Positions 25,701-39,671 of a DNA stretch of 64,000 nt are shown in pieces. The DNA is from Octopus sinensis. Its lineage: Eukaryota. The DNA is taken from the NCBI RefSeq assembly GCF_006345805.1, contig NC_043013.1, forward strand, positions 54,188,001-54,252,000, given 5' to 3'. A model generated the notes under the pieces. The model did no database searches. It saw only the letters and a list, made by a program, of their open reading frames with translations, and had not been told where the DNA came from. Both the position numbers and the translations under genes were made by a program. How positions within the stretch are numbered: the stretch's first letter is position 1; each line of letters starts with the position of its first letter.

Positions 25701-28700
25701 TAAGAAATTCTGATAGAGGACAAGGGCAGGTATTTTGCTGAAGAGGTGAATACATGGCCTACCCACCTGGAAAGTGAGAAAGAGAGAGAGAGAGAGATGT
25801 GAAGTTCAGGTACAACGTGAATATGAGACAGAATAGTAATAATAATAATTTCTAATATGGGTGAAAGGCTAGTGATTTTTTGAGGGGAGGGGTCTAGTTG
25901 ATACTGTTGTTCCCTATATTTGACAGGGATTTAATGTAATCACCTTTAATAAGATAAAATGAATAAGACCCCAGAAGAAATACTGCAAGGACTGTTTTTG
26001 TGAGTCCCACTGATTCTACCAGCTTGGGAGATTTAAAATCAAACCTAGAAGCAAGTGTGTTTGCAAACATATATAAGAGGTTGTCTCCTATGAGAACACC
26101 AAATAGGATTGCACAAATGAAGAACTATAGAACTTTAGAAAGAATTTGGTTTCAACTGGCATCAGAAATATTTACATCTTTCAGGAAATGATATTCTTTC
26201 TAAATACATTCACGACCTTTATCTAAGTTTCATTCAGTTTATTTTATTCCATTTGCTTTTCTGCAATTCATTTTCTCCACATATTTCTTCTCATGTAAAC
26301 GATATTTCCATAAATAATGATCTTCTACATTCAAATTATCAAACGAAGCTTGCACTGTTTGGTCATAAGAACAATTTTCTAACGAGGTTATTATATAATC
26401 CTCCCCCTCTCCTCGTTACAGTGTGTGTGTGGCTTATGAAAGTTAGTGATATAAGAGAGATAACTGGAGGCCCTGACTACATGAGCAAATGTTGAATCTA
26501 TGTAAACTACATGGAAGTAGTCAAGATACTAAGTGACAGAAAACACAACCAAAATTTCTAAGAATCCACTTCTAAAGATTAACATTCTTTTATTACATAT
26601 CAAGAGTTATTTAAAGGAATGTTGTTTTTAAATATATTTACATAAAAACATTTATTGTAATAGTCTCTCTAAACATTATTAGTGCAAGTGAGCTGACTGG
26701 GCATACAGTTCTATTAGGAGTAGTGTTTGTATGAGTTTTCAGTTTTATTTCTTGTGTTCATTGGTCTGATATGGGTTTTGAGTTGTTTGCTAGAATCGGA
26801 ACAAAAATTTGCACAGGGTCTTTCTCTTCTAAGTAGATGATATGTCTGTTGAGAAATGGTGGAAGGTATCGAAGTAGGAAAACATCACAAAATAATATGA
26901 ATTGTATGGGAAAAGGATTGAAATCTTCTATGGAAGATAACGATGATATTTTGATAAGCTTCTTCCATGAGAATACTGGAAGGAACTTAAATAAAAAGAC
27001 ACAAGAAAATGTAGATCGTAGAGAAAAACAATTGAGTATTTCTAGACACAACCTCCATACATCTAACTATAGTAATTACCAAAGAGGTGACATTATTCAC
27101 TTGGTTCCACTTACTTTAGTTTTCCTAAAGTTCACTTACAACCCTTCCTGACACCTTTATTACCTTCTTTTCCTTTTTCTCACTACCAATCTTTGAACTC
27201 TTTTCTACAGTTCTTCAAAGCACATCACTTTCTTTCCTTGTTTCTTTTCTGTTATAACAATAAACTCTCCATCACAATCCTCTCTACCTATCATTCACAC
27301 AATACTCATTGACATACACAACCTTATTTATTATAATTTCATTGACTTTGAAGTTCTGTTAACTTTCTGGCTTATTCAAACTGTATTAGACTCTCCACTT
27401 GTATTGAGTCCATTTTTACATTTAAATGTTTGTCGTTGTCATGTGTATGTAAGCACTTACTTTTTTAAAACTATAAACAATGTCAGATAACACGTCTGTA
27501 CCCCACCTCTACTTCATCTCAAACTACATCACATACATCTCTTTTGTTTATATTGTCGATCTGATTTGTCAGTACAGAGACCATTAGTAGCCAACCAATT
27601 TTAATGGTAAACAAATAATTATTCTGTGTTATCATAAAACACTGTGACATTTAACTATTAAATGAAATCTAAAAGGAATATAAGATCACCCCCCCCACAC
27701 ACACACATGCAAATGCACACTCACTCTGTCTGTCTTACACACACACTCTCTCTCTCTTTCTCTCCAATCTATTTTGGATTGAGGAATCGGACATGAAATC
27801 TGGTCTTATTCTGAAACACCAGTTTATTATTCATTCTGCTATATAAAGAAATAAAAGTATATAACTTTATCTGAATAATTTAAATTTAAATTCCACTGAC
27901 TAAATTTCTTAAATAACTATAGAATATTTTTACCTAGCTCCAAGCCAACTATTCAACAACACTGAACATTTCAGTAAAGTTGGAAATCATTGTGATGGAA
28001 AAATCTTTGTTTCTTTTTTGACAAAATTGCCTGGGAGTTCTTAGTTGATTCCTTATTTAAACACCTGCAGTTTGCACAAAACTGATATAACAAATCTTAA
28101 ATTTAATGAATGGTTAAACATTTTATCATATTTTATAACATCAAATATTCTTTTACATGCATCTGTCTTCAAAACTTCCTGCTTTTGTTATTTAATAAGC
28201 ATGGTCTATTAACACCCACAGCTTCCTTCTTTCATAGTCTTTGTATTCTATTCAAGAAAATTAGCATGTGTGTGTGTGTGTGTGTTTCTGATGTTATTAA
28301 TGAAATGTAGCTGAGTAAGCATGGGATTATTCCTCACAACTGCATTTGTTGGATATATCTCGGCTATTGATTTGGCTTCATTCTGTTGTTGAGTGGTTAT
28401 TGTGTTCACTCATTTTGTAACCACCATAAAGGGGAGAATAATGTGAAAAGTTTGCATTGAACTGAAAGTTGTAGGCAGCATTCATTTTGTGGCGACATCC
28501 AGCAGTGTCACTGGCCACAGTTAACAGTCCCAGAATACTGCTGGTAATCTCCCTTTACTAGCTGAATATTATTCCAGTATGAAACCTAAATATATCCATG
28601 TGTGTATACCTATATCTGTCTATCTATCTATATAAACGCATGCACATATGAGTAACGCAACAATTGAACACAAATTGCAATCTACACATATAATTGGAGT

Positions 28701-29273
28701 TGTATTTATGAATAGTTTGACTCGGCCTCACACATTGCTTAAAGATTTGCAAGACATGGAAACATGACCACCTCCCCAGATATGCAGAAGCGAAAACAAA
28801 CTGGCTTCTTTAATACAAAGAGAAATTTTGTGTGTATATTTGTGTGTGTACGTGTGTGTGTACAGGATGTATGTACTTGCATATATGGTGGTGGATCTTC
28901 ATCATTCACTGATGAGGACCCAATTGATGAATAAACTCAGTTACCTCCTCCTGAATTAAAGTGTAAGTGGTTGAGCATTCCATGACATGCGTACTCAAAG
29001 TATTATCAATGTGTCTTAGAGCATTGTGACACTGTATCTTCTGAGATACAGGAGCAATCCATCCGATGGTCTTCTATACAATTTCTGCCTACCCCGGTTT
29101 ATATTAATAATCTATGGGTCAAGCCACGGCTAAACAAACTGACATTTGTCCAAAATGCCATGTTGTGGGGTTGATCCCTGAATCCTGTGGAAGTTAGAAA
29201 ACCTTCTTAATCCTACAGATATACAGTACCTCACATTCTACATTTATTTGTGTGTGCATTTAAAAATATTCAT

Positions 29274-29308
29274 TGCTCCCAAAAGTATGAAGCATACTTT
29301 TGGGAGCA
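29274..29308. other. Perfect 16-bp hairpin with a 3-nt loop
   Basis: tgctcccaaaagtatg-aag-catacttttgggagca. The arms are exact reverse complements. Confidence 0.9.
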
Positions 29309-30263
29309 TTTGATAATTTTTCAAAGTGCTTTGAATTGCTGAACCTATCAACAAACATCCACACACACACACACACACAGATTCACATACACACAAGCAA
29401 CTATACATAAAAATATACAAGAGTGTGAATTAAATGACAGATATAATTCTATATGTATCCTTGTCTAAAAATCTCAACTTCCTAAAAACATGCTGTTTTT
29501 ACAATTTGAAGAACAATTTACATATAGACTATATGTAAAAGAGTAAAAACAAAAAAGAGAAAAAATTCTGTAGAATTTAACCAGACAGTTGATGAGAGTG
29601 TCTCATGTAAATTCAGTGAAAAGATTTCAACCCTTAGAGACAGTAACCTCTTGAAACATTTGATTCCCAGGCAGAGACCAAGTGTACTCAATATTTACTC
29701 TCCAAATTCAGTTGTTCTCTATGTAGATCGGTAGGTAGCTTGATAGAATAATCATTCTTACTTTGTTTTTTAGGCAAAGTAAGAACTTTGTGTCTTAGAC
29801 ATTTTGGTGTTCTTAACTGGAAGAATTAAAAAATTAACACACATTATCATCATCAATATCATCATTTTGACATTGTGTCTGTCTACTTGTGGACAGACAT
29901 TCTATCATTTCTTTGAGATGTCAAACAGACACCAATCCACTCACTGCTGTCTTTTTCTCTTCCTTACACTCCTTCTCTTGGCATTGCACTTTTCAACTAA
30001 TAACCATTCTTTATAGACGTCATATACCAATATATCACTTCATACTGTGGCAAACGCATTTCGTACACAGTTTCTCTCCCAGTATATTTATGCTCTGTCA
30101 TTCATCCATGCCGTCAATATGCATTCAGCAGAAGAAATAAAATAACCTGGTAGATAAACCAAAGTATTTGTCAAATTTGGCCTGTCTTCTCTTAACTTCT
30201 AGAGTTCTAGGAGAACTGAGAAATTAAGATCTCTGATATATATATATTTATATATGACAAAAG

Positions 30264-30298
<35 letters not shown>

Positions 30299-30431
30299 TC
30301 ATATGTCCATTTTCCATACTGGTATAGGTGACATGGGTTGGAGGGCTGGAGGGCTGCACCAGGCTCCAGTCATCTGTTTTAGCATAGTTTCTGTGGCTGG
30401 ATGCCCTTCTTAATGCCAGCCGCTGTAGAGA

Positions 30432-31037
<606 letters not shown>

Positions 31038-33180
31038 TTCACACTCTAAACCTGAAAAAAGTGAAATCAGTCACCAGCCAAAACCTGGGAACCTTTCTGC
31101 AGACCTGATGAATTATATATAATAAAATGCTGCAGTGGAGCTTTGTTATCCACCTGGTCGTACAGTATCTTTGTGAATTACAAGCGATGAAATGATTTCA
31201 CTGGAGTTCAGAAAATAATCATTGTTTTCCTGTATATGTTTTCTCTTTTACTTCTATGGCAGAACATATAAAGATACTGGAAAACAGGCGACAGAGCAAG
31301 TTACCAGGTAGAAATGTCCAATCTAAGTTTCAAGTATTATGCTTGAAATGTTCACCATGAAGCAACGATTTTGTTGAGATCATCACAATCTGTTCAGAAG
31401 TCCATGTGATTTCAAAATACACTGTAACATATTTCTACAGGAAAATAATTAAAATAATTTGATGTTGAATATTAAGACCGCAATCAATATGTGAAACTAA
31501 AATATACCGATTTTAAAGAGTACTCTATTATGACCCTGTAATGTACCTTACACATCTATACTATCAAAGGAGAAAATGAATGTTGAAATTTACATCACAT
31601 CTATTAAGTCAGCTGAAGCTGTGTTGGTTTTCAATAGCTTTTCTTTTTTTCTTGTGTCCTTAAACTTTATCAATTATACAATGACTTGTGGTTCCTGCAA
31701 TCCAGTGTTTCGCTACTAAATTTCCACCTTTGTTTCCTTACTTCTCTCTGGTTCAACATAACCCTCTGAACACTTAACAACTGAGATTATTTTTCAGAAA
31801 ACACAAACAACATCAATAGAACATGTCCCCCAAATATAGTTTAAATGACAGGATGACTGAATAAATAATGTCACTCCCTGACCACTTCACCACCTTGCTT
31901 AGCAATCATTTTGGTCAGTAATCTAGAAAAGGCATTCTGTTTGTTGCATATAAAATAAACTAGCATTAATTAACAAAACAGATAAACATAATTATAAGTC
32001 AAATTTGGTCCATGTCTTCAGCATAGCAAATCCACCCCATTGACAGACATATTGATATATCCTATGAGATACATTGATGGTTGCTTGCATATAAATTTCA
32101 TATACTATATGTAATATCATTTTACATAGTTGTATATGACATTGTCAAGATATGGCTTTATTCATTTATGCAGAGTTTGAATACAGCTTGAAGTTCCCTT
32201 TCAGGTACATTTCTTCTTCAGAGGGAAAAGCGAATCTTTTGCCCTGGTTTCAACTAAACTCTAAACTAAAATATTGACATATTCACAGCGTTGAGGGATA
32301 AAACCAATTAAACAAATTTAGAAACTCACCAGCCAACCCATAGAAATATTCTTCAGAGAAAATTCTTTGCTTCATACCAAACTAGAGAGTCTGGCTATAT
32401 TTCTTAATGAGCACTGAATATATTTTTAACATGCAATCACCGTATCAGTGAAAAGATGCAAACTAAATGAAATCCATTCCATAACCAAGTATAAAATAAT
32501 ATGAAAACTCCAAGAAACTTAGCAAGTGCCATATTCTTGAAACTCTTTACAAGGTTAATATTTCAAGAGTTCATTTGATATACACAAATTTCCTTTTCAA
32601 GGCACATTATTTTCGTTTCATGAGAAATAGAATTTGATGATTTTATTATATTTGGAAAATGGTGTAGACGCTACTTTCTAAGTAACATCATTATGATATT
32701 TTTGAAAATGTTTGGAAAAATAAATTTAAATTAGATTCCATTGAAATAGAACTAAAAACCCAGAAATGAATATGAAAATGATGAAAAGGAAGAAAGAGAG
32801 AAAGTATAAAATGTAATGAGTTTCTGGTTTTATAGAAAATTCATAGGGTATTGGGATGTCTTGGCTTAGAATAGTTGCACCACATCTGTGTATGAGAGAG
32901 AATTAAACGAGATAGTAACAGAAAAGGACATCCAACTCTAAATCACATTTAACACATATCTGTCTAAAAAAAAGCATATATAAACAGCTAACGATGATGA
33001 TGAACCATCTGGCCTAGGCCTGAGAGTCTGAGTTTTGAGCAGTCTCACTTATTAAGATCTTACAACAAAAAAAAACAACAAAAAAGAACTTAAAACCTCA
33101 GATATATTTAAAATGGTGAGAATCTTATCTGAGTTTGTAAAAACAATCTTGTAAAGATGCATATAGCTTTTTGCTGCTGT

Positions 33181-34598
33181 AATAATAATGGTTTCAAATT
33201 TTGCCACAAGGACTGCCATTTTAGGGGAAGGGATGAGTCGATTATATTGACCCTAGTCAATCTTATTGACTTCAAAAGGATGATAGGCAAAATCGACCTC
33301 AGCAGAATTTGAACTCAGAATGTCATGACGAACAAAATACCACTAAGCATTTCCCCTGGTGTACTAATGATTCTACAACCTTGCCACTTTTCTATAATAA
33401 TGATAGTAATAATAATCATCATCATCATTGTTTAACATCCATTTTCGATGCTGCCATGGGTTGGACGGTTTCACTGGGGACTGGCAAGCCAGGAGGCCAC
33501 ACCAGGCTCCAATTTGATCTGGCAATGTTTCTACAGCTGGATGCCCTTCATGATGCCAACCAGAATGTAGTGGGTGCTTTTTACATGCCACTGGCATTGG
33601 GAGCCAGTCAGGTGGCACTAGCAGTAACCACATTCGGATGGTGCTTTTTACATGTCACTGGTATGGGAAGCCAGTTAGGTGGCACTGGTAATGACCCATG
33701 CATAAATGGTGCTTATTGCGTGCCACCAGCATGGGACCCAGTCAGGCGACACTGGCATCAGCCGCAACTAAAATTTCCATTTGATTTGATTTGATTTTGA
33801 TTAATAATCCTTTCTTCTATAGGCACAGGGTCTGAAATTTGTGGGAAGGGTTTAATTGATTATATCGACCCTAGTATTCAACTGGTACTTATTTTATCAA
33901 CCCCAGAAAAGATGAAAGGCAAATTCAACCCTTGTGGCATTTGAACTCAGAACATAAAGATGGACAAAATACCGCTAGGCATTACATCTGGTGTGCTAAT
34001 TATTCTGCTAGCTTGCCACCTTAAATGATAATCCTTTCTATTATAGGCACAAGGCCTGAAATTTTGGGGGAGGAGGCCAATTGATTAGAACAACTCCAGT
34101 ATGCAACTGGTACTTTATTGGCTTCAAAAGGATGAAAGGCGGAATTTGAACTCAGAATAATAATAACAACCCTTTCTACTGGAGGCACAAGGCCTCAGTG
34201 GGGAGAGGTCTAGTCAATTATATCAACCCCAGTGTTTCATTAGCACTTAATTTATCAACCCCGAAAGGATGAAAGGCAAAGTTGACCTCAGCAGAATTTG
34301 AACTCAAAACGTAGCTACTGACGAAATACCGCTAAGCATTTTGCCTGGTATGCTAACAATTCTGCCAGCTCGCTGCTGGCAATAATCAATGTAATAATAA
34401 CAATAATCCCTTCTATTACAAGTCCAAGGCCTGACATTTAGGGGAGTGGGCTTCATGATTACATCAATAACAATGCTTCATATTGGTGCTTATTTTATCA
34501 ACCACAAAAGAAGGAAATTTGAACTCATGACATAATGTCAGATGAAATGCTGCTAAGCATTTTGTCTGGTATGCTAACAGTTCTGCTAGCTTGCTGTC
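33181..34598 (-). mobile_element. Stack of five same-orientation SINE family A copies, with a family C element (33415-33775) between the first two
   Basis: Copies at about 33181-33388, 33801-34021, 34026-34156, 34157-34378 and 34395-34598. Each has a gaatttgaactc-type B-box complement, and they are separated by short (AAT)n tails. Confidence 0.88.
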
Positions 34599-34680
34599 TT
34601 AATAATAATTTTACTTAGTTACTCTTTTACTCTTTTACTTGTTTCAGTCATTTGACTGCGGCCATGCTGGAGCACCGCCT

Positions 34681-34854
34681 TTAGTTAGTTAATTTTTGGC
34701 TCAAAAAGCAAGGCCATGTAGGGGGACATCGAGTTATGTACAGGGTGGTGTTCATGTAAAGAGTTCAGGCCACTTGTGGTCAAGGGAGACTTTGAACCGA
34801 GTGGTCGTCGGCATCTTCACCATCTCGTCCGGCAGCTTATACCACGGATCCGCA
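34681..34854 (-). mobile_element. CR1-clade LINE extreme 3' end, young and 5'-truncated
   Basis: The minus strand reads ADPWYKLPDEMVKMPTTTRFKVSLDHKWPELFT*, matching the CR1 ORF2 C-terminal W-N-x-L-P...F-K-x-x-L-D pattern. A short 3' UTR and an (AACT)n tail follow. CpG-rich. Confidence 0.8.
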
Positions 34855-34874
34855 TAATAATGATGATGATGATG

Positions 34875-35250
34875 TGCAGTGGGTTTCTCTTCAGATGATC
34901 TGCCTAATGCGTAATAATATTACTTCTGTATACTCTTCTCAGGTCCATTTGATCCCCTTACATTTTTCTTTCCATGGTTGGTGTGGTTGTGGACTTGAAG
35001 GGCTTGAGTTGGGGCAGTTCCCATTCAAGTGACAATCTTGGTTTGTATCTAGAGAAGAGTTTGTGCCAATGGATGACTTTTCGACCCCAAGCTGGCTCTC
35101 TCTTGGAGGATATGCTTCCAGATTAACCATAGGACAAACGATTTGGTGTACTGCTGTAGTTTTCTTTTGTGTTTTGTAAGACATATCTGTGCTACATCGA
35201 AATTTTCATATTGAGCCCTGTATTGTAGCAGATGTAGAGACAGTTGTTGT
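34875..35250 (-). mobile_element. Probable 5' (N-terminal) part of an R4/Dong-type LINE
   Basis: Minus strand ...PWKEKCKGIKWT*EEYTEVI, then after a frameshift YYALGRSSEEKPT. This resembles the KWTREEYKEV-like N-terminal motif I recall for these elements, with TGA at the Arg position. Confidence 0.4.
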
Positions 35251-35439
35251 CTCTGCCACTATTGTCGACTTCCACCATTAATACCATTGTAGTTACTTTA
35301 ACCTTGCTATTACAGCATTGCTCATTGTTAGTTACCACCAACAGTGCCTTGATCTGTAGAGCTGTGGCTAACCTTTGGGGCCATGGCGACAGTATGGCCA
35401 ATTAAATCTACCACCTTTGCTATTACTACTGTGTGGTAT

Positions 35440-35775
35440 TATTAAATGTTGTAAGAATGAGCCCTGGCTCAATGCAGGAAGTGCAAAAGATTGTCTTAAC
35501 TGCTACATCACACATATTGAGAAGAGCATTGTCACTGTAAAGTTTCTTTCCTTTTTTTACCCCCTTTATTTTTCTATTTATTAAATTTTTTATTTTTTCT
35601 CTCTCTTTCTTCCCCTTTTTCTCTATCACATGACTGTAAATGAACAGACTAGTGTGCTTTTTTAATGGCCTACCAATGTATACAGTATATTTCTCTGTCC
35701 TAGGTGTCAGGAAGACACTCGGCAAGAAATGGAAACGGAATTGAAAGAAGATGATAATGAAAATAATAATAATAA
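35440..35775 (+). mobile_element. Probable 3' end of an R4/Dong-type (restriction-like endonuclease) LINE
   Basis: 35457-35540 encodes MSPGSMQEVQKIVLTATSHILRRALSL*, matching the terminal Q-K-x-x-L-x-x-T-x-x-I-L-R helix of REL-domain LINEs. A pyrimidine-rich 3' UTR and a (TAA)n end follow. Confidence 0.55.
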
Positions 35776-37901
35776 TCCTTTCTACTATAGGCACAAGGCC
35801 TGGAATTTTGGGGGGAGGGGGGATAATTGATTACAATGCTCAACTGATACATATTTTATCAGAAGAACTTTACTTAAAACAAAAGCTCTGTGGGAAAGGT
35901 ATTTTAACGTCATATTCTGTTCTAAATCATGTGGTGTACATCAAAGAAAATGGTTTGCCATTTCCTACAACTGACGCCTCAAAGTTGCTACAAAGCGATG
36001 TTCAATTCTGTTGAGATACTTTCATTTTAAGAAAGGACTGCACCATGTATTATTTGACTTCAATGGCAAAAACAATGAATAATCTGAGAGAGTAACACAT
36101 TAGGGACTTGGTAGACAAGAGACGACATGTCTGGGTCTGAGTAAAGTTCTTCTCATACACTGCTGAGTAAAGCAGGTTCTGAGTAAAATAGAGGCATCAA
36201 GTTTGGATCGGAAGAAAGTATCTACATAAAATGTTGCTAACAATACAAGTGTAAACAACAATTTTTATCAAAAAAATGAAAATGGCTCAATAAAACATTA
36301 TTCTTTTTAATCTCTATTTTGCACTATACCTCACTAGAACTACAGTTCCTTACATTTTTTTTTATATAGCAGCAGGGTGTGATGTGAAGGAGGTTAGGTT
36401 TCTGTTTCTAGCAAGTTGAGCTATAGTATAGAAACTCATTTGGCAACATTCAATGGAATGATTTTAGGTTTTTATCACGAAATTCAATAGCATAAATACA
36501 AATAATACTGGGTTTGTTTTAATTCGGCCATGGGCTGTGTTCCTCATAATATTAACCTTGAACTTAGTTATGAATCTAATCATTCTACAATAACAAATCA
36601 TCAAATATGATGACGATGCACAATTTCTTATATGTTTCCGTGGTCGCTTTCATAGCACAGTTGTTGCTAAAAATGTCTTTTACTGTCACATAATTGCAAT
36701 TCTAAAAGACAAAAATAAAATGTTAATAATTTATCATGGACACTTAAGAAAGTGAAGAACAATATACTTTGATCATTATACTGGATTTAGTGTCAGAGGT
36801 TAAAAAAGATGCGAAATTTTTCAAGCAAACTGTTCACTAAAGCGAAATTTCTAATGTAGGTTATTTCCTTGGGTATTAATTTTCATATCACAATTATTAT
36901 AACTGATTTCTTTACAAGTTTACACATGATTGATTTTTAAGAAGGAATGCCATCAAAACTCTAAACCTGGCCAGTCGTTAGCAAGTGATTCAGTCTGGAA
37001 ATTTTTATTCAATGCCATCATTAAATAGTTTTGACAGAAAACCACTACATCAAGGTTGTTATTTACCCATGACTGAGTTGGTATGTAGGTGTACATTACA
37101 TGTGTATGATGTGTGTGTGTGTGAACACATACATGTCCCAACATGATTCCTTGTCCAAAATTGTTCTCCAGGGAACAGATGAAAGAGGATTAAAAAAAGA
37201 GGCATGAAAGAAAATCCTGATCTGACATCAATGATAGAGCAGGTTTTACCAATGGCTCTTCTGCATGTGACAGAGAAACAGGACCAGTGGTAATTACTGG
37301 TTGCTAGAGTACCTGAAATAGCAGCCCAGTGAATGGCTGTGCTAATCAATGAAGATACTCTGTGTGTGTGGTGGGGGTGTAAATATATATATATATATAA
37401 GGCTGAAGTTGTCTGTGTATGGCAGGTTTGGTAGCCTTCAACTAACACTATCTCCTTCGAGACCCTGCGGCACAAGTTGGCCAAACTTGAGGGTATGATA
37501 GAAGAAGGCTTGCTCTTCATTCCGTAGGAGACAAAATTCAAATCGAACCATGTTAACACCAGAAATTATTTACATCAAAAAGGTGCTTTTTTTCTATGAA
37601 AATTCCTATTTTTATGATTTTTTGACTGCTGTGTTGTCATTTTCCGGTGTATTTCAACCAGAAAAATGTTCACTTAAAGAGAATAACAAGCTACATAATG
37701 CAAAATTTTTACTTTTCAAAAATTCCAATTCTAAAGGGTCGAAACAAACCCAAGCAATGCTGGGCAATATTGCTAGTATATATAAATTTAAATAATGAGG
37801 GTGATAAATTGAATATTAATTTAATTAACATCAATTTAAAACCAGTGGCCTAGCATATAGAAAATGCTGAAAATTCAGAAAAATTGTATTACATGCATGT
37901 A

Positions 37902-38098
37902 AGAAGGGATGACCACTAAGTGGACATCCAATATGCTAGAAATAGATCACCTCCATCTAACCACAAAGAAAAGAATGTTCTCTAGAAAAATTCAGCAAAC
38001 ACCAGAACATAAGCGGGTAAGACAAATGAAAATAAAATAACGAATAAAGGTGATCTATTTCTAGCATATAGGATGCCCACTTAGTGATCATCCCTTCT
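37902..38098. mobile_element. MITE-like element with 51-bp terminal inverted repeats
   Basis: 37902-37952 versus the reverse complement of 38048-38098 shows 3 mismatches in 51 bp, with a 95-bp spacer. A family B SINE tail follows immediately (38105-38225). Confidence 0.8.
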
Positions 38099-39671
38099 CA
38101 TACGCATATATATACTCTTTTACTCTTTTACTGGTTTCAGTGATTTGACTGCGGCCATGCTGGAGCACTGCCTTTAGTCGAGCAAATCGACCCCGGGACT
38201 TATTCTTTGTAAGCCCAATACTTATATATATATATATATATATGTATATATAGTTGAAATTTAGGTGTATGAACAACAAGCAGGTGTATTAGTTTGATGC
38301 TCACAAACACTCACACGCACAATGGGCTTCATCACTGTTTTCCTCTAGCAAGTTCCTTTCACAAGGAATTGATGAACCTGAAGCTACAGTAGAAAATGAA
38401 CAAAATCTGCACGTGGGATTGAACACAAAGCCATGTGTTCACAAAGCAAACTTTCTAACTATGCAACCATGCTTACACATACACACACACACACATATGA
38501 GTACACACACATATGAGTGTACACACACACTTCACGATTGCTCAGTTTTTGGCTATATGTTAATTCATTTGACAAGCACAAGATTGATATAACGTTTTAA
38601 GTAGATTTTTATTTAAAAATCTTGTGAGACATAAATAATAAGTATAATAAGTGTGTTATTAGTAGAAGTATATTGATAGTAGTTGAAAGAGATCTTTCAA
38701 CAGATATTGCTTGCTGTGGTATAAAATACTATTGAAATGTTGCAAGAAGATAAATCTGCCAAAATGGTTTGAATTATGAGATGCAATATAGTCATAAATA
38801 TTTTTTAACTTGGTATTTTGTTATCTTACTTACAAAGAATAAAAGTAAAAATAAAAGTAAAAATAAAGTGCGTACTGCAGCTCTAACTAGTATTTCAAAA
38901 GAAACCAAAACTGATTAACTGACATGATAGATGTAAATGTGCAACATGAGCTATGTACCTTCATCTAATATTAATAAACTATAAATCATTAGGTAAAATA
39001 GTAATTATTTGAAGTAACTTATTGAGAATCTTAAACCAAAACAAGATAACAAACATTTTTTTAACTAAAAAGATTGACAGTAAAATATAAAATACATTAA
39101 TTTTTACAATAGTAAAAACATTGATCACATTAATAACAAGTGTTATTATGAATAGTTGCTCTATGGGCACCTCATGATTTGTATTCTTATATATACTGAA
39201 TGTTCAATCACTATTATAATTAGACCTCTCACCTCTGAGCTATGAGATGGCTGGATTCACCAGAACTGAACTGTTTCTTTAACTGTAATATGGTAGAAAC
39301 TATATATATTTATCTGCGGGAATTAAATGAGTTATATTGACTCTTTAGATCAGACTGTATCTTATCTTCGACTGATACAATCTCTCTCTCTCTCTTTCAC
39401 ACACATACTTTAACATATATAGATAAGCTAAATGGAATTGATTTTTATAATATATGGCGCTACCTTTTTTAGTTTGATGCTCTGCTTTTATTGTTGGAAG
39501 TGGTAATCCTGTGTGTTCATAAATTTGAAATGTCCATCTTTTAGGTGTTGTATTATGTGGTCTTCAGTTCAGAAAGTCTTAGCAAAATACCAGAACCATT
39601 AATACTTATAAGATGGCCTCCTTATTACATGGCCAAGCTATTTTGCTCCTCTCCTCTTTATTAATATGGTA

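Noticed and set aside
26837-27151. 104-aa plus-strand ORF
   Set aside because: No recognisable domain or splice signals. The length is within chance expectation, or it is a decayed repeat.
37250-37312. Possible exon TLATSNYHWSCFSVTCRRAI with a superficial WS-CSVTC look
   Set aside because: The Cys spacing does not match TSP1 (WSCFSVTC versus WSxCSVTCG), the donor is weak (gtaaaa), and phase 1-1 does not fit the phase-2 entry of the real exon.
39233-39282. 50-bp minus-strand candidate exon (LKKQFSSGESSHLIAQ, phase 0 to 2)
   Set aside because: The exit phase fits the TSP1 exon, but there is no homology or compositional support, so it is indistinguishable from chance.
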